Notes: a model not told the origin generated them from the letters alone. Numbered from the stretch's first letter, positions 40,738 to 58,097 are shown. The stretch is 64,000 nt of DNA from Octopus vulgaris (GCA_951406725.2 OX597817.1:70928001-70992000), one strand, 5' to 3'. Numbers and translations: made by a program.

Positions 40738-41107
40738 CCACCCACACACACACACACACATGTGAATGTATGTACATAAATATATATATATATACATACG
40801 TACATACATACAAGCATACAAGCTAACATGCATGCATATATATTGTTGATAATGTGAAACGTAAGATATGTTTTTTTCAACAAACATACAGTTTAGAGTT
40901 TTGGTCTGTCGTGGAGAGAAGTGGGATTCAACCTAATTATTTTTAATTCTTTTTCTTTTTCTTGTTAAACCATTATCCGAGAAAATATAGCCATCATCTG
41001 TTCATAGGGAAATTAGTGGCATCTAGTCACAGCAGTATAACGAATCACGTGTAGAGCTGAACAGGTCTGCCTAATTTTTCATGACGATACAGAGCACAAC
41101 AATTGTT

Positions 41108-41321
41108 GTTGCCACTTTGGCGTGTGATCTACAAAGGAGATTACTGTAGGACATCCTTAGAATTGTAAATTTATTTTTTCAAAATTCTTACTATTTTAAC
41201 AATAAGAAAACTGTTTCATTTATGTCTTAGTAAATAGTAATAAGAGATCAAGAATAAACAATATAATTAAAATTAGCAAATTAGGAAATTTGCTCACGTA
41301 GATCACACGGCAAAGTAGCAC
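41108..41321. mobile_element. Small MITE-like element
   Basis: gccactttggcgtgtgatctac versus gtagatcacacggcaaagtagc (imperfect TIRs). Confidence 0.5.
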
Positions 41322-41335
41322 TATCATAAAGTTAA

Positions 41336-42454
<1,119 letters not shown>

Positions 42455-42971
42455 TTAGCCTAGATGCCAATCGCGCCAATCTGGAGGGGCTTAGAGCCCC
42501 CTTGAATCGACTAAAAAGTAACCTGAAGTAATCTGCCTTTAAGTTGTAGATCACACTCCAAAATGACACCCAATTGTCTGTATTATTGTCACCACTTTAT
42601 TGACTTTTTAAAAGTAAATACTTCGATTAAAAACGGATGAGCTACTTTTGTAACTATTAAGCAATCACTCTGTAGTGCACTATTATTTAATTGATCAATC
42701 GATTATTTAATTAATCAATTGATTAATTAACATACAAGGTATACAAAATAGCCATGCCAATTTTACTCTAACCGCATTTCCATACACTATAAATTGCATT
42801 AGTTGATAATAGTGCGGTGGGTAGAAGTCGAGTACATTTTTTTTGTTGTGATAAGTCTAAAATATTATATCGACTGTGTCCATGGAGAGGAACAGAAAAT
42901 ATGTGTAGCCACATGCTTTACATTTTCTCAGTATATCTATATGGTGTGCGTATGGGTTTATCTCTGCCAGC

Positions 42972-43002
<31 letters not shown>

Positions 43003-43206
43003 TTAGCAGTATACATTTTTTATACAGACTCCCACATGGAACGCTCCTCACATAACTCTTTCACTCACTCTTACTCACCCTCTCACTCACTCACTTTCTC
43101 TTTTTTTTTTTTGTATGAAAGCGATACAGACTGTGAGAGACACACATGCATACCTACAAACATCCATTCATACAGACATGTCTGTGCGCGTTTATAAACA
43201 CACACA

Positions 43207-43253
<47 letters not shown>

Positions 43254-43264
43254 TTATATATGTA

Positions 43265-43311
<47 letters not shown>

Positions 43312-43450
43312 ATACGTATGTGTATATATACATGTCTATGTGGGTATGCATATTATATGTGTGTGTGTGTGTATGTATGCATATACTTATACATATATTA
43401 TATATACAAATATATGTATGCATGTATATGTATACTGAACGAGAGTATTA

Positions 43451-43505
<55 letters not shown>

Positions 43506-43965
43506 GTATATATATATACACACATATATCAGACATTTTACACTCACACACATGTGCTTACACAAATACACACGCAACACACACAACTTACAGACACACA
43601 CATACCTACATACACGCACGCACGCACGCACCGGCACTGACACACACAACGTTTACACTCACACAGACGTCATTAATGTTTTCCCTATGTTTCACTTAAG
43701 AGTGCAAGGAGCCAGACGTGTGACGATCAACTGACAGACAGACAATCACACTGTCATGCAGGCAGCCAGTCAAGGAGACAACTGTGAAAAAAAGTGACAG
43801 CTAACGGTTACCGTTATGACTACACGCGAACAAATTACATACACACATAAACATAGATACAGTCGCGAACCCACAAACACACATACATAACATAAACGCA
43901 TCACGCATACTTATACATATATGGAGAGAGAGAGAAATATATAGATTGTTAGGGAGATAAACTGT

Positions 43966-44024
<59 letters not shown>

Positions 44025-44043
44025 GTAGATAGATAGATAGATA

Positions 44044-44906
44044 AGTTTCTTTATTGGCCACACAGGGCTGCACACAGATGGGACAAGTTACAAGGTAGAG
44101 CTTTTCTTTTGGGGATGAATAAAACAAAAACAAAAGAAACAAAAAAAAGGGGGTGGCGTAGGTTTTCGATCAAGAGGGATCGTAAAAGGGAAGAAAAGAA
44201 CAAAAAAAAATTTTTTTTTAATAAATAAATAAAAGAAAAAAGAAAAAAGAAAAATAGAAAAAAAGAAAAGGAAAAGGGACAAAAGAAAAGAGAAATGAAA
44301 AAGGAAGAAAAAAGGGGGAAAAAAGGGGGAAAAAAGGGGAAGAGGTAAAAAAACGATCAATAGGGATCGTGTATCACAGTGTTATGATATATGGTGTAAA
44401 GGGGAAAGCAAGTAAGGTTTATCCGTGGGAAGAAAAGCCTACGAAAAAGACCACGGTAACCTTGGTCAATATTGTTATGTTACCACATTTGTTTGCAAGT
44501 GGGTAACCCTCTGTTTTCAATTTCTGGGTTCATAGGATTATGCTCAAGGTGGCTTCGTCATTCATACGTGCCATCCTTGCTACATTCACCCATCTTTTTT
44601 AAAACATTCGCTAGACAAAACTTGCCTCTCTACTCTCACTTTCCTTTTCAAGTCGTACTTGAAGAAGTTGATGAGAGATTGACCAGAGAGGAAAGTGTTT
44701 GTCTCCAATCCTTTCAGACGAATCCACCAGATACATTCTTTCGCCATAGCCACAAGGACGATGAAAATAGCTCTTCCTTCCCGTTTGAAGGAAGGAGGCG
44801 TGACAATATTGACGATAGACTCAGCTGATAAACCGACTCGTCCCACACGTGACAGCAGTTGTTCGACATAAGCCCACAGATCGGAAATTGTTGGACACTG
44901 CACGAG
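44044..44906 (-). mobile_element. Tx1-clade LINE 3' part in (GATA)n
   Basis: Minus ORF C....LW..V..LL...AK..IW..R...F.K typical of the L1/Tx1 ORF2 C-terminus; T-rich 3' UTR; AATAAA then gaaac-(TATC)n; 5' junction also in TATC/TC repeats. Confidence 0.8.
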
Positions 44907-45342
44907 AGATAGATAGACAGATAGAGAGATAGATGGATTGATAGATGGACAGACAGATCGATAGATAAATAGACATAGAAAGGCGGACAGAAAGACTAAC
45001 AACTAGATAGATGGACAGATAGATATTTTCTATTTGTGTGCACTAGGTGATTTACACTCGAATAACCACGGAGATTCGCACGTGTCTGGACAATAACTGT
45101 TGAGTGACTCATCAACTCGACACATAAATATACTCAATACGGCAAGTATTGAGTACTCTATTTTTCATTTGCATTGCTAGGCACGCGCGCACTCACACAT
45201 ACACACACAGACACACACACACAGATCCACATACAGACACACACAGACATGCGTGCGCTCACATATTTATAGGATAAACGGGAGTTTGGTCATAAAATAT
45301 GTAACTGTTTTAAATGTCCAATCTTTCGGTTAAATCAAACTC

Positions 45343-45389
<47 letters not shown>

Positions 45390-45987
45390 CTAATAGAGAA
45401 AGAGTCGGTTTCTAACCTAAATCCAAGGCTTCTTCATTAGAATTTCAATATCAACAGGATATTTTTGTATGCATGTATGTATGTATGTGCAGACTTGTAT
45501 GTTTTGTTTTATGTATGTCTTCTCATGTACAAACTTCGCATGCCTAGACATGTTCGTATATACTTAAATGAAAAAAACTTCTGGAATGATTTTTTTTTTT
45601 AGATCTGTAGTCTTCGTATCAGCAATTTCCTTTCTGGTTTTGAGAAGCCTAATTTCTCAAGATTAGTATTCAGACAATGTATCAATGTATTACATATCCC
45701 AGTGCTTCAATAATTACAGGTATAAACCTGAACTTGTAATCTGGATAGAGGATCGTATAATGGTTAGAATGTCACTTTTGGTCGTTGCAGTTTGGAAGAT
45801 TATTTGCTTATTTCCTCACAACTTACGAAATATTTTATTGCATTCACTTGAAATTTTCACAAAATATAGATATCAGCTATATCTAAATATGTGTAAAATA
45901 TCTAATCTCAACGTTTTGTTCATCTTCTATAATAAATATTTCAATACACTTATTTTTAATGAACCTTATATTATGGCCGCTACTATA

Positions 45988-46394
45988 TACTCTTTACTCT
46001 TTTCTCTTTTATTTGTTTCAGTCATTTGACTGCGGCCATGCTGGAGCACCGCCTTTAGTCGAGCAAATCGACCCCAGGACTTATTCTTTGTGAGCCCAGT
46101 ACTTATTCTATCGGTCTCTTCTGCTGAACCGCTAAGTGACGGGGACGTAAACACACCAGCATCAGTTGTCAAGCAATGCTAGAGGAACAAACACAGACAC
46201 ACAAACACACACACACACACATATATATATACATACATATATACGACGGGCTTCTTTCAGTTTCCGTCTACCAAATCCACTCACAAGGCATTGGTCGGCC
46301 CGAGGCTATAGCAGAAGACACTTGCCTAAGATGCCACGCAGTGGGACTGAACCCGGAACCATGTGGTTGGTTAGCAAGCTACTTACCACACAGC

Positions 46395-46398
<4 letters not shown>
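45988..46398 (-). mobile_element. SINE family A, full length
   Basis: A and B boxes, internal microsatellite and tail all present. Confidence 0.92.
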
Positions 46399-46446
<48 letters not shown>

Positions 46447-46942
46447 AGAGAGTGAGAGAGAGGGAGAGGGCGAGAGAGAGAGAAAGTAGAGAGAGAGGAG
46501 AGAGAGAGAGTGAGAGAGGGAGAAATATGTTTGTAAGTATGTACGTACGTATGTATGCACGCTAAAATCTAGAAATAATATGGCTGCATTTTTATATAAC
46601 CAATAATTAGTCTTTGTAACTTATTTCACTCGATTTACGCTGTGTTGTATATAAAACAGACATGTGAGTGTGTGTGTGTATGTGTGTGTGCGTGTGTGTG
46701 TGCGTGTGTGTGTGTGTGTGTGTGTACACATGCTTTTATTTATTTGCATCCACTTTCACGAATATGTATTATATTCATTTACCTATATAATTTTTGTGAT
46801 TCTTTTGCTAGATCTTGATGAGAAATCGTGTGTTGAAACAGATGTTGATGTACCTAAAAAAATGTCATTTTGCCAATTATGACACACACATTGGTTATAT
46901 TTCGTTTCCTCTTAATATTGTGGTTGTTGATATTACTGTTGT

Positions 46943-47010
<68 letters not shown>

Positions 47011-47067
47011 TAATAATAATAATAATAATAGTGATGATGATGATGAGGAGGAGGAGGAGGAGGAAGA

Positions 47068-47210
47068 TTTCAAATTTTGGCTCAAGGCCAGTGATTTAGA
47101 GGGAGAGGGTAAGTCGATTTCGTCATTCCTAGTGCTCAACTGGTACGTATTTTATCGACTTCAAAAGAATGAAAGGCAAGTCGACCTCAGTGGAATTTGA
47201 ACTTAGAACC
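47068..47210 (-). mobile_element. SINE family B 3' part
   Basis: Reverse complement of the Meta-like body and ttgagccaaaatttgaaa tail. Confidence 0.75.
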
Positions 47211-47221
47211 TGCTAGTAACT

Positions 47222-47254
<33 letters not shown>

Positions 47255-47383
47255 TAAGGTATGTAGAAAAATACAACATGGACAAGAACGTATAACTCTT
47301 AGAAGACGATACAATAAACACGGACAGGACATTCGAAACCCTCAGTCTTCAGTCAAGAACCGGATCATCGTAGTAATTTCGGC

Positions 47384-48527
<1,144 letters not shown>

Positions 48528-48529
48528 TA

Positions 48530-48938
48530 TACTCTTTTACTCTTTTACTCTTTTACTCTTTTACTTGTTTCAGTCATTTGACTGTGGCCATGCTGGAGCA
48601 CCGCCTTTAATCGAGTAACTCGACCCCGGGACTTATTCTTTTTGTAAGCCCAGTACTTATTCTATCGCTTTCTTTTGCCGAACCGCTAAGTAACGGGGAC
48701 ATAAACACACCAGCATCGGTTGTCAAGCAATGCTAGGGGGACAAACACAGACACACATACACATACACGCTTATATATATATACATATATACGACGGGCT
48801 TCTTTCAGTTTCCGTCTACCAAATCCACTCACAAGGCTTTGGTCGGCCCGAGGCTATAGCAGAAGACACTTGCCCAAGGTGCCACGCAGTGGGACTGAAC
48901 CCGGAACCATGTGGTTGGTAAACAAGCTACTTACCACA
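48530..48938 (-). mobile_element. SINE family A, near full length
   Basis: Colinear with 45988-46398. Confidence 0.92.
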
Positions 48939-48942
48939 AGCG

Positions 48943-49004
<62 letters not shown>

Positions 49005-49009
49005 AGTCA

Positions 49010-49399
49010 CTAGCAGTATCGCCCGGCGTTGCTAGGGTTTGTTTCGATCCTTTAGAATTGGAATTTTTGAAAAGTAAAAATTTTGCATTATGTAGCTTAT
49101 TATTCTCTTTAAGTGAACATTTTTCTGGTTGAAATACACCGAAAAATAGTGACACAGCAGTAAAAAAATCGTAAAAAAATAGGGATTTTCATAGAAGAAA
49201 GCACCTTTTTGATGTAAATAATTTTTGGTCTTAACATGGTCCGATTTGAATTTTATCTTTTACGGAATGAAGAGCAAGCCTTCTTCCATCATACTCTCAG
49301 TTTTAGTCAACTTGCGCTGCAGGGTCTCGGAGGAGATAGTGCTAGTTGAAGGCAACCAAACCTGCTACACCCAGGCAACTTCAGCTTTATATATATAGA
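49010..49399 (-). mobile_element. Non-autonomous Helitron, complete
   Basis: Minus strand starts A|TCTATATATATAAAGC and ends ccctagcaacgccgggcgatactgCTAG|T: 5' TC, 3' CTAG, subterminal hairpin, A/T insertion site. Confidence 0.8.
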
Positions 49400-49452
49400 T
49401 TTATCACAAAGGAAATAATTACTGAATATACAGTATATTCTTTTATTGTTGT

Positions 49453-49683
49453 ATTCTTTTACTTGTTTCAGTCATTTGACTGCGGCCATGCTGGAACACC
49501 GCCTTGAAGTGGTTTTTAGTCGAACAAATCGAACCCAGAACTTGTCTTTTTTAGGCTTAGTACTTATTCTAACGGTTTCTTTTAACGAAGCGCAAGGTAA
49601 CGGGGACGTAAAAATACCAACAGCGGTTGTTAAGCGGTGGTGGTGGGAGACAAACATATACAAAAGCACGCACACACCCTTAC

Positions 49684-49715
<32 letters not shown>

Positions 49716-49870
49716 AACGGGCTTCTTTCAGTTTCCATCTAGCAAATCCACTCACAAGGCCTTGATCGGCTCGAGCTGTAGTAAAATAACACTTGCCCAA
49801 GATGTCACGCAGTGGGACTGAAACCGGAACCATGTAATTGGGAAGCAGACTTTCAACCACGCAACCATAC
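49453..49870 (-). mobile_element. SINE family A, older subfamily
   Basis: Same architecture, more diverged. Confidence 0.85.
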
Positions 49871-50150
49871 TTGCTTCTACTGAATATAGAATATAGTATA
49901 GAATATAATCGTATTAATTTGTTTCTTTGATTTTACATTAATACAACATCCTAAACGGCACATCGTATTTTACATCATACCGTTTATCCAATCATCTTAA
50001 TTTGAAACTGAGTCAGGCAAACGGCTTCAACTGAATGAGTGTGTGTGTATGTGTGTATGTGTGTATGTGTGTGTGTGTGCATATGTGTGTGTTTGTGTGT
50101 GTGTGTGTGCAAGTATTTATGTATCTATGTTGGTAGCTTTGTAGGAACTG

Positions 50151-50538
50151 GGATCCTTTCGGTTTGAACGGCAGTTTTTAACATAATTTCTAGGTAAGTA
50201 AAAAATTTAAAACTTTGTTTGGCTTTATTGAGAAAATTTTATAGTTTGTAAGATATTTGTTGTTTTTTTTTCTTCAATTTCTGCAATTTCAAATAATCAA
50301 ATACGTCTATTGAGGTAAAAAAAACATTCTGTGCCGTATGAATATGTCCCTCGTTTAAGAAACAGATCGGGTTTAATTTACATTTCTGAAGAAAAAAAGA
50401 TACCCCACCCCCACCCCCACTCCTAACCCTAACACTAAAACAGATTGAAATTCAATAGATCGATACTAGTGTCATATTTATGGGTGACAATTTCATATGA
50501 CGCCGCTAGAAAAACTGCCGTTCAAACCGAAAAGATCC
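50151..50538. mobile_element. MITE with ~28-bp TIRs
   Basis: ggatcctttcggtttgaacggcagtttt / aaaactgccgttcaaaccgaaaagatcc; internal cctaaccctaac. Confidence 0.8.
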
Positions 50539-51366
50539 GGAAACGGGGTTAGTACTCATTTACTTTTAGCTGAAATTATATACATTCCCCGATTTACTGA
50601 TTTCCAAACAATCAGTTTAATAAACGTGACTATGTTGTATTTATATACTGTATAAACGTCAAAAACATTTAACTTTTACCTCTTAGAGAAAAAGTATACC
50701 TTTTACTAAGACTTTATTGTGAATCAACGTTCGGAAATTATACCTGCTTGTCACCATCACTTAAAATATTTATCTGTTAAAAATATTTTGAATTACATGA
50801 CACAAAACTGTATACTCACGTAACATATCTATCAACATTCTAAAGAAAATCAAAATATTTCTTCAGATAATGTGAACAGAAAATAATACGTTATTTTTTA
50901 GCGTCGTATATCTAAAAGGAAAACTTGCGAATGACAGCCTTATACAATTTCGTTCTGACAAGTTTTGTATTGTCAATATGCAACGTCGCCGGTTTTTTGC
51001 TGTTTATATCGCAAATAAATACAAAGTTGGCTTATTTACTAAATCGGTAAAATGTATAATTAAGCCGCAAATATTCTTGGAGTATTTACACTCTTCTATT
51101 TTCCTTTCATGTGCATTCGTATGTATGTCCATATTATTTATGCGTCTATGTGTAAATTTATAGATATATAAATTTTTATGTATATATTTATAAGTTTTTG
51201 TATGTGTATTTGTAGGTCTCCATACGTCTGTATGTATGTGTGTATATATATTTGTGTGCGTGTGTATGTGTGTGTGTGCGTGTGTATGTGTGTGTGCGTG
51301 TATATAATTATATATATATATATATATATATAAATACACATACGTACATACATATATGTATTGCAT

Positions 51367-51479
<113 letters not shown>

Positions 51480-51637
51480 TGTGTGTGTACAAGTAAACAA
51501 ACGAAAGAAACTGGCACTGAACACATTTGACAGGCGTTACATAATATCTTTAATGACAGTTTGACTTAGCTTCACATGACTTAGAGTTTCGTGGGCGAGT
51601 AGGATGGATCCATCTCAACAAATATCAGGTTATTATT

Positions 51638-51688
<51 letters not shown>

Positions 51689-51800
51689 GTGTATGCGTGT
51701 GCATACACATATACACGCAGACACACACACTCGCTTTCTCTATTCTTTCTTTCTTTCTTTCTTCTTTTCTTTTCTTCTTTCTTTCTTTCCCTCTCCCCAC

Positions 51801-51870
<70 letters not shown>

Positions 51871-51949
51871 CGCACGCATACACACTCACTCACTCACTCA
51901 TACATACAAACACAAGCAGTTTTTAACTCTTTAACTGAAAATCTTCACT

Positions 51950-52091
51950 ATCCAATACGTCTCCGAGTGAGAAACACGTCACATTCCAAGATGGCTGTTA
52001 TGTCACTAATGTATTAACTTTCGCGATACATCGCCAGCGACTCCCTGAAACTCTCCCCTGAAATCCCCGTTGAGCCGGGCAATACTGCTAG
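51950..52091 (+). mobile_element. Helitron 3' end
   Basis: cccg...gccgggcaatactgCTAG|T, the same terminus type as the 49010 element; 5' boundary uncertain. Confidence 0.6.
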
Positions 52092-52465
52092 TTTCTTATA
52101 AATGGAAAATAATTATTCACTTAAACGTGCAAATGACGAATGTCCTAAAAGCAGAAGTGAAACTAAGTTCCTTTACCTGGCTGCAATGATAATTTTCTGG
52201 GTGATAAGTGAAACGTACCACAAGTGAAACTCTAAGGTGTAAGGTGTAATATGAAACTAAACAAACGCCATATATATAATTCTATTTAGGTTATACGTAT
52301 TAAGTATTAAATGAAATGCAAATAGGTAGGGTCGTGTTTAGACATGAATCACTCCGCGTGATTTCACGTTTTATAGGTAGAACTATATTTATATAATTTT
52401 AAAATCTGAAATACTCCCGAGCAATGTGCGTGTCTCTGTATTTGTATCTATGCGGGTGTGTCTTG

Positions 52466-52608
<143 letters not shown>

Positions 52609-53182
52609 GTGTACGTATGCATACATGTGCGAATGTGTGTATGCATGTGTTCGTGGTGTTAGGGTTGGTGAACAAAAACAACCATGTACAAGATCAGGCA
52701 GATGGAAAATACCTCAGATAAGGAGTTTTCGTGTTTTCAAACTTTTGAAAGCAAGCTACCTATGGCGAAATTTTCAATGTGATTTCAAAGTTGTAATAAA
52801 TATAACAAAATCATAATAAATACTCATGGATTTAATCCAAAATTCTGAGATGTTAATTGTTTTCATTTAAAAATCCTTTTCTCTCTCTCTCCCTCTCCCT
52901 CTCCCTCTCTTTCTCTCCCTCCCCCCTCTCTCTCTCATTGTATCTATGTACACACACAAACGCGCGCACACGATTTGTTTTGACTCTGACGAAGACATCA
53001 TAGTGAAGGCCATTCAGTGTATATTCAGTCGATGAATCTATCGATTTGAAAGAATTCAACCGTATTCAAAAGCATATCTGAAGCAGCTGTAAGCCTATAA
53101 ATTGATCAAAGAATTAATAAATAAATGCATATAACCAATTTTTCAGTCGATTCTTTCTATTTCTCTCTACACGTATTTGTGT

Positions 53183-53231
<49 letters not shown>

Positions 53232-53728
53232 GTAAATGAAAGACGGAAGATGAAAGATAATGCAGACATACCCATGTAAAAATACGATTTTATTTATATT
53301 AATTTATCAACTTATGACAATAACTATTTTTATAATTGTATCTATTTTTATAACTGTTTATATTAAGCATTAATTTTAATGGTACACTGTATTTTCCTAT
53401 TTGATCATTTAATGTTTTCATTATGTTTTAAATATGATATACATAAATTTATTTGTACGTTCTTCTCTGATGATATTCTGGTTTGTAATGATTAACCAAA
53501 TTGACTTAATTAAATCAAATTAAATTTGAATGATTTTATACTATAAGCGATGAATTGAAACACTTGTAGGTTTTGTCAATTAGTAAATTTTTATTAATCA
53601 TATCTCCATCTTCTCTCTTGATTTTTATAATAATAATATATATATATATGTGTGTGTGTCTGTATTACTAGGTATTCAACCAGTCTAATCTTGGATATTT
53701 TATCCCTCTGAGGTTTATATATCTTCAC

Positions 53729-53769
<41 letters not shown>

Positions 53770-55107
53770 GAGAGAGGCGGGGGGAAAGAGAGGGAGAAAG
53801 AGATAGAGAGAGAATATAAACAGGTAGAGTCTTTTACAGCCGTTTCTAGAATAGTTAAGCGTGTGGATCATAATATTCAGTAAGGAATCCATAAGCTAAG
53901 TATACCGTCATTGGAGGGTCAGAAAAGCATAAAAAAATAAAGAAATATCCCCAATCGAGGATATACTTTCAAGTTTGTTAAAAATCAAGGAAGTTTGTTA
54001 AAAATCAGAGTGAAACACATATGCGTTAAGAGTGCAAACATGTTCATAATTTACTTAAGCGTCCTTTATTGATGAGTAGATCAATTATGCAAAGACACAC
54101 CCTATAATATGATTGCACCAACAAATCACAAGAGTTTGCATAATAAATGAATTGTTAGTTATATATACACTGTTTCTGGAGAATTGAGCTTCTGTCCTGA
54201 TTCAGGTCAGGAAATTTATTTAAACAAGATGGACAGTTTATTGGGAGAACTTTTCTTACATTAAAGTTGTATTTATATTTATGATATCAGGTGGCAAGGT
54301 TAATAACTAAGACATAGAAGCCTTGCACAGGTTTTTTTTTCCTAATGTTATACACGAACAATCTAGATACACCTGATCACATACATGCAAACCGATATAG
54401 AGAGTCCGGTATACTTAAATTTATACATAGACAAACACATACGCATTTATATACATATATATGCACACATGCATATAGATAAATCTATATATACGCACAC
54501 TGCACACATACATTTTCTCATGCATATCTCTATACATATATATATAAACGCATACACACAATTTTACGTATTAACGCGTAGACAAAACAAACATAGACAA
54601 ACATGCGCGCACGCACACACACACTCAAAACACAATGCAGGTGGTATAACGGATTTTTATTCTGTCAGGCGGCTATTTGCAACACTAGTGAATGTTCATT
54701 TACAATTTTCTTAAAGCATTAGCGAAAGCGTTCGTCTTGGCATGAAGTTGGCTCTGAGTATATGCTACCGACAACGCCGAACGAGGTAGAAACGCATCTA
54801 GCATCCTCACCAGACGTGGCGAAGGCAATTTTTGGCTGCCTCCGATATACAGGATGGCCCAGAAGTCACGAAGGGGTATCAACATTTAATAACTTTTTAA
54901 ATACTCATTTAATTTTTATTTTATTTCAGATTTATATAAAGAAGACCCGAAAGATTTAGCATGGAAAAGCCCACTATTGAATAGCGAACACATATTGTGA
55001 AGCTTTATTAGCGAAACCAAGGATCAATGTATGTGTGTATGTATGTATGCATGTATGTATGTATGTATGTGTGCATGCATGCATGTATGTATGTATGCAT
55101 GTATGTA

Positions 55108-55148
<41 letters not shown>

Positions 55149-55165
55149 GTATCTCTCTCTCTGTC

Positions 55166-55283
<118 letters not shown>

Positions 55284-55777
55284 TATTAGTGTACATGGAC
55301 ATGTGCGTGTATGTATATATGTGTCTGTGTGTGTACCTGCTAGAAACGCACTGTCCATAGTGTAATTCAGACATAATAGTGATAGTTTTGCCTATTTATT
55401 AAACTATTTATACATTGCTTTAAAAACTTTATTTTGTTTTAAATAATATTTTGATTCCGTATGTCATGTCTGTCTCCTGTTACCACGACCCCAACACTTC
55501 CCTCCACTCGCCTCCAACTCGTCGTCATTGTGCAATGATGTAAAATAGGCAAAAGTTCACACAGATGGTGGCGATGGAATGTAGTTCATTTAACCAAGTC
55601 TATTTATTGTATGTAGATGGTACTTTACGGACTAACGAGGGTATCTAATGCCACTAACTGCAAACCTATGTCACAATTATCAGCAATGACACATTAAAGA
55701 GGTGTGTGATGGACTTCGAAAAAAAAAAGGGAAAAAAGAAAAAACTCTCACTGCAATAACCCTGTTATAAAATGCTT

Positions 55778-56463
55778 GCGTGGCTGTAGGGCAAAAGGTT
55801 TGCTTCTCAACCCCGTGGTTCCAGATTCAGTCTGACTTCGGGACACCTTGAGCAGGTGTTTTCTCCTTATAGCGCCCGACCGATTGATGCCTTGTGAGTG
55901 GATTTGGTAGACAAAAACTAAAAGAAGCTCGTCATGTGTGTGTGTGTGTGCGTGTGTGTGTGTGTGCGCGCGCGCGCGTGTGTGTGTGTGTGTGTGTGTG
56001 TGTGCGTATCTACGAGGGTGTGCTGAAAAATTCCTAGATTTGGCTAAAAAAAACCCAGGAGGACCAGTTAATCATGATTTTATCACCATATTTCCCTCTC
56101 AGATTCATACACCTTTTGCAGCTGTCCTTTAGTTTTCTAAGCCCTGTAACAGAGCTCAGAAGGTCGAGCGTCCAGCCAGGCATTTCGCGATATCTTTAAA
56201 GCCTGGAACTTTTCAGCAACTCCTCGTATATATACATACTTATATATGTGTGGGGTAGAGTGTTTGTCCTACACCACCGCTTCACAACCGGTGTTAGTTT
56301 GTATATGTTCCTACAACTTAGCAGTTAGAGAAAAAGACCGATAGAATAAATACCAGGCTTAACAAAAATAATAATAAGTAGTGCGATAGATTCGTTCAGG
56401 AAAACCCTTCATGGCGGTGCCCCCGCACAGCCACTCTCCGGTGACGGAAACAAGTAAAAGATA
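55778..56463 (+). mobile_element. SINE family A, diverged, carrying a nested MITE
   Basis: Head gcgtggctgtagg..., gtggatttggtagac, tail gaaacaagtaaaagataa. Confidence 0.8.
56013..56226. mobile_element. Mariner-type MITE
   Basis: TA|cgagggtgtgctgaaaaattcc ... ggaacttttcagcaactcctcg|TA. Confidence 0.85.
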
Positions 56464-57538
56464 AGCATTTACTTCAAAACAAACACGAAACTAAAGTGGT
56501 TCGCCATCACTGCTCCACGCTGCTAAACATTTTTTAGAATTTATAATTCTAAGTATGCATATGCTGAATTTCAGTGCCTACTTCTCTTCTTAATCATTCC
56601 AACAACAGCCTTTTCTCTTTTTTTTTATCTCCTATCAAACTACGTCATACTATTCCTTTCGGACATTTCTGATGATTGCTGGGATTGGTTCACCGCTTCT
56701 GGTATGAAACCAGTGGGTAATTTAACTATTATGAGACTATGTACATATATACAGTGTTGTATTAATAATGATAATAATAATAATGATACATATATACATA
56801 ATACTGTGTGTGTGTACTTGTGTGTGCTTGTGTGTGTGTGCGTGCGTGTGTGTGTGTGTGTGGCATATGGGCAATATCGTTAATAAAACTGATAAATGAG
56901 ATACATTTCGTGATACACCAAAAACCCGGTACATGCATATTGAACATAATTTTTCTCTGCACGTATTACAACAATATATTTTTTAAATCATACATCGGAA
57001 ACTATACTATTTAAGATCAATGTTAATAAATTACAATTTAAAAATCTACAATCCACTGCTACGAATCGCCGCTGATATGCTTACATCAAAAGATCCAGAT
57101 TTCAAAATCACTTAAAGAGCGCTTAGACTTTCAGAGTAAATATAGTTTATATTTGTAAAGCAATTGAGACCTCTACTAGTCAAGGCTTCCCTTGTCAAAA
57201 CTCACCATTCCTCAGTAACATTTTGTAAGATTTTTTCGGAAGACTAGCAGTTACCCTTATGTGCAAATTTGCCTTCTCCACGCCAATAATCGCTGAGGAA
57301 TTGGGCCGGGAGAACTTGATATTAGCATCGTTGCAGCCTTGATGTTTGGTGTATAAATGAAGAAAGTCAGAATAGATACCAAAAGACATCTTTTCCGACT
57401 CTCTAACACGCGCGCACACACACACACACACATACATTTATATATATATACATGTATATACATATATATCCATGTATATCTATCCATCCACCTATCTATC
57501 TGTCAGTCTGTCTGTTTCTGTCTGTCTGTCTGTCTCTT

Positions 57539-57615
<77 letters not shown>

Positions 57616-57634
57616 TTATATATCTATCTATCTA

Positions 57635-57680
<46 letters not shown>

Positions 57681-57993
57681 TAGATAGATAGATCATTGTG
57701 GATCTTAAAATGTCTTTTGAGGCCTCCATTAGATTTGCAGACCTTATGGCATTGAAATGTGTGCACAGACATATCGTCAGAATAGTTGATGGAGGTTCGT
57801 TCTCCGTGGGTTCACAAATGAGGTTTAAGTCCAGCAAAAGAAAGGCATGGTCTGTCACCAAATGTGCACACAAAAAGGCATTGTGATTCCTATTCTCGAT
57901 CGTAACATTCTTTAAATCTCTCTTGAGTCTTGCATGCGTTATCCTGGCTTCAGCAAACACTTTCACTCCACTCCACACTTTTGTATATATGTA

Positions 57994-58097
<104 letters not shown>

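Noticed and set aside
50421-50436. cctaaccctaac as interstitial telomere
   Set aside because: Only about two units, inside a MITE.
57240-57360. CCAAT plus TATAAA promoter
   Set aside because: Short motifs are expected by chance in AT-rich DNA, and there is no downstream exon evidence.
57696-57980. Open reading stretch on both strands between (TA)n tracts as a host exon
   Set aside because: No recognisable domain or convincing splice sites; more likely an inserted TE fragment, family undetermined.
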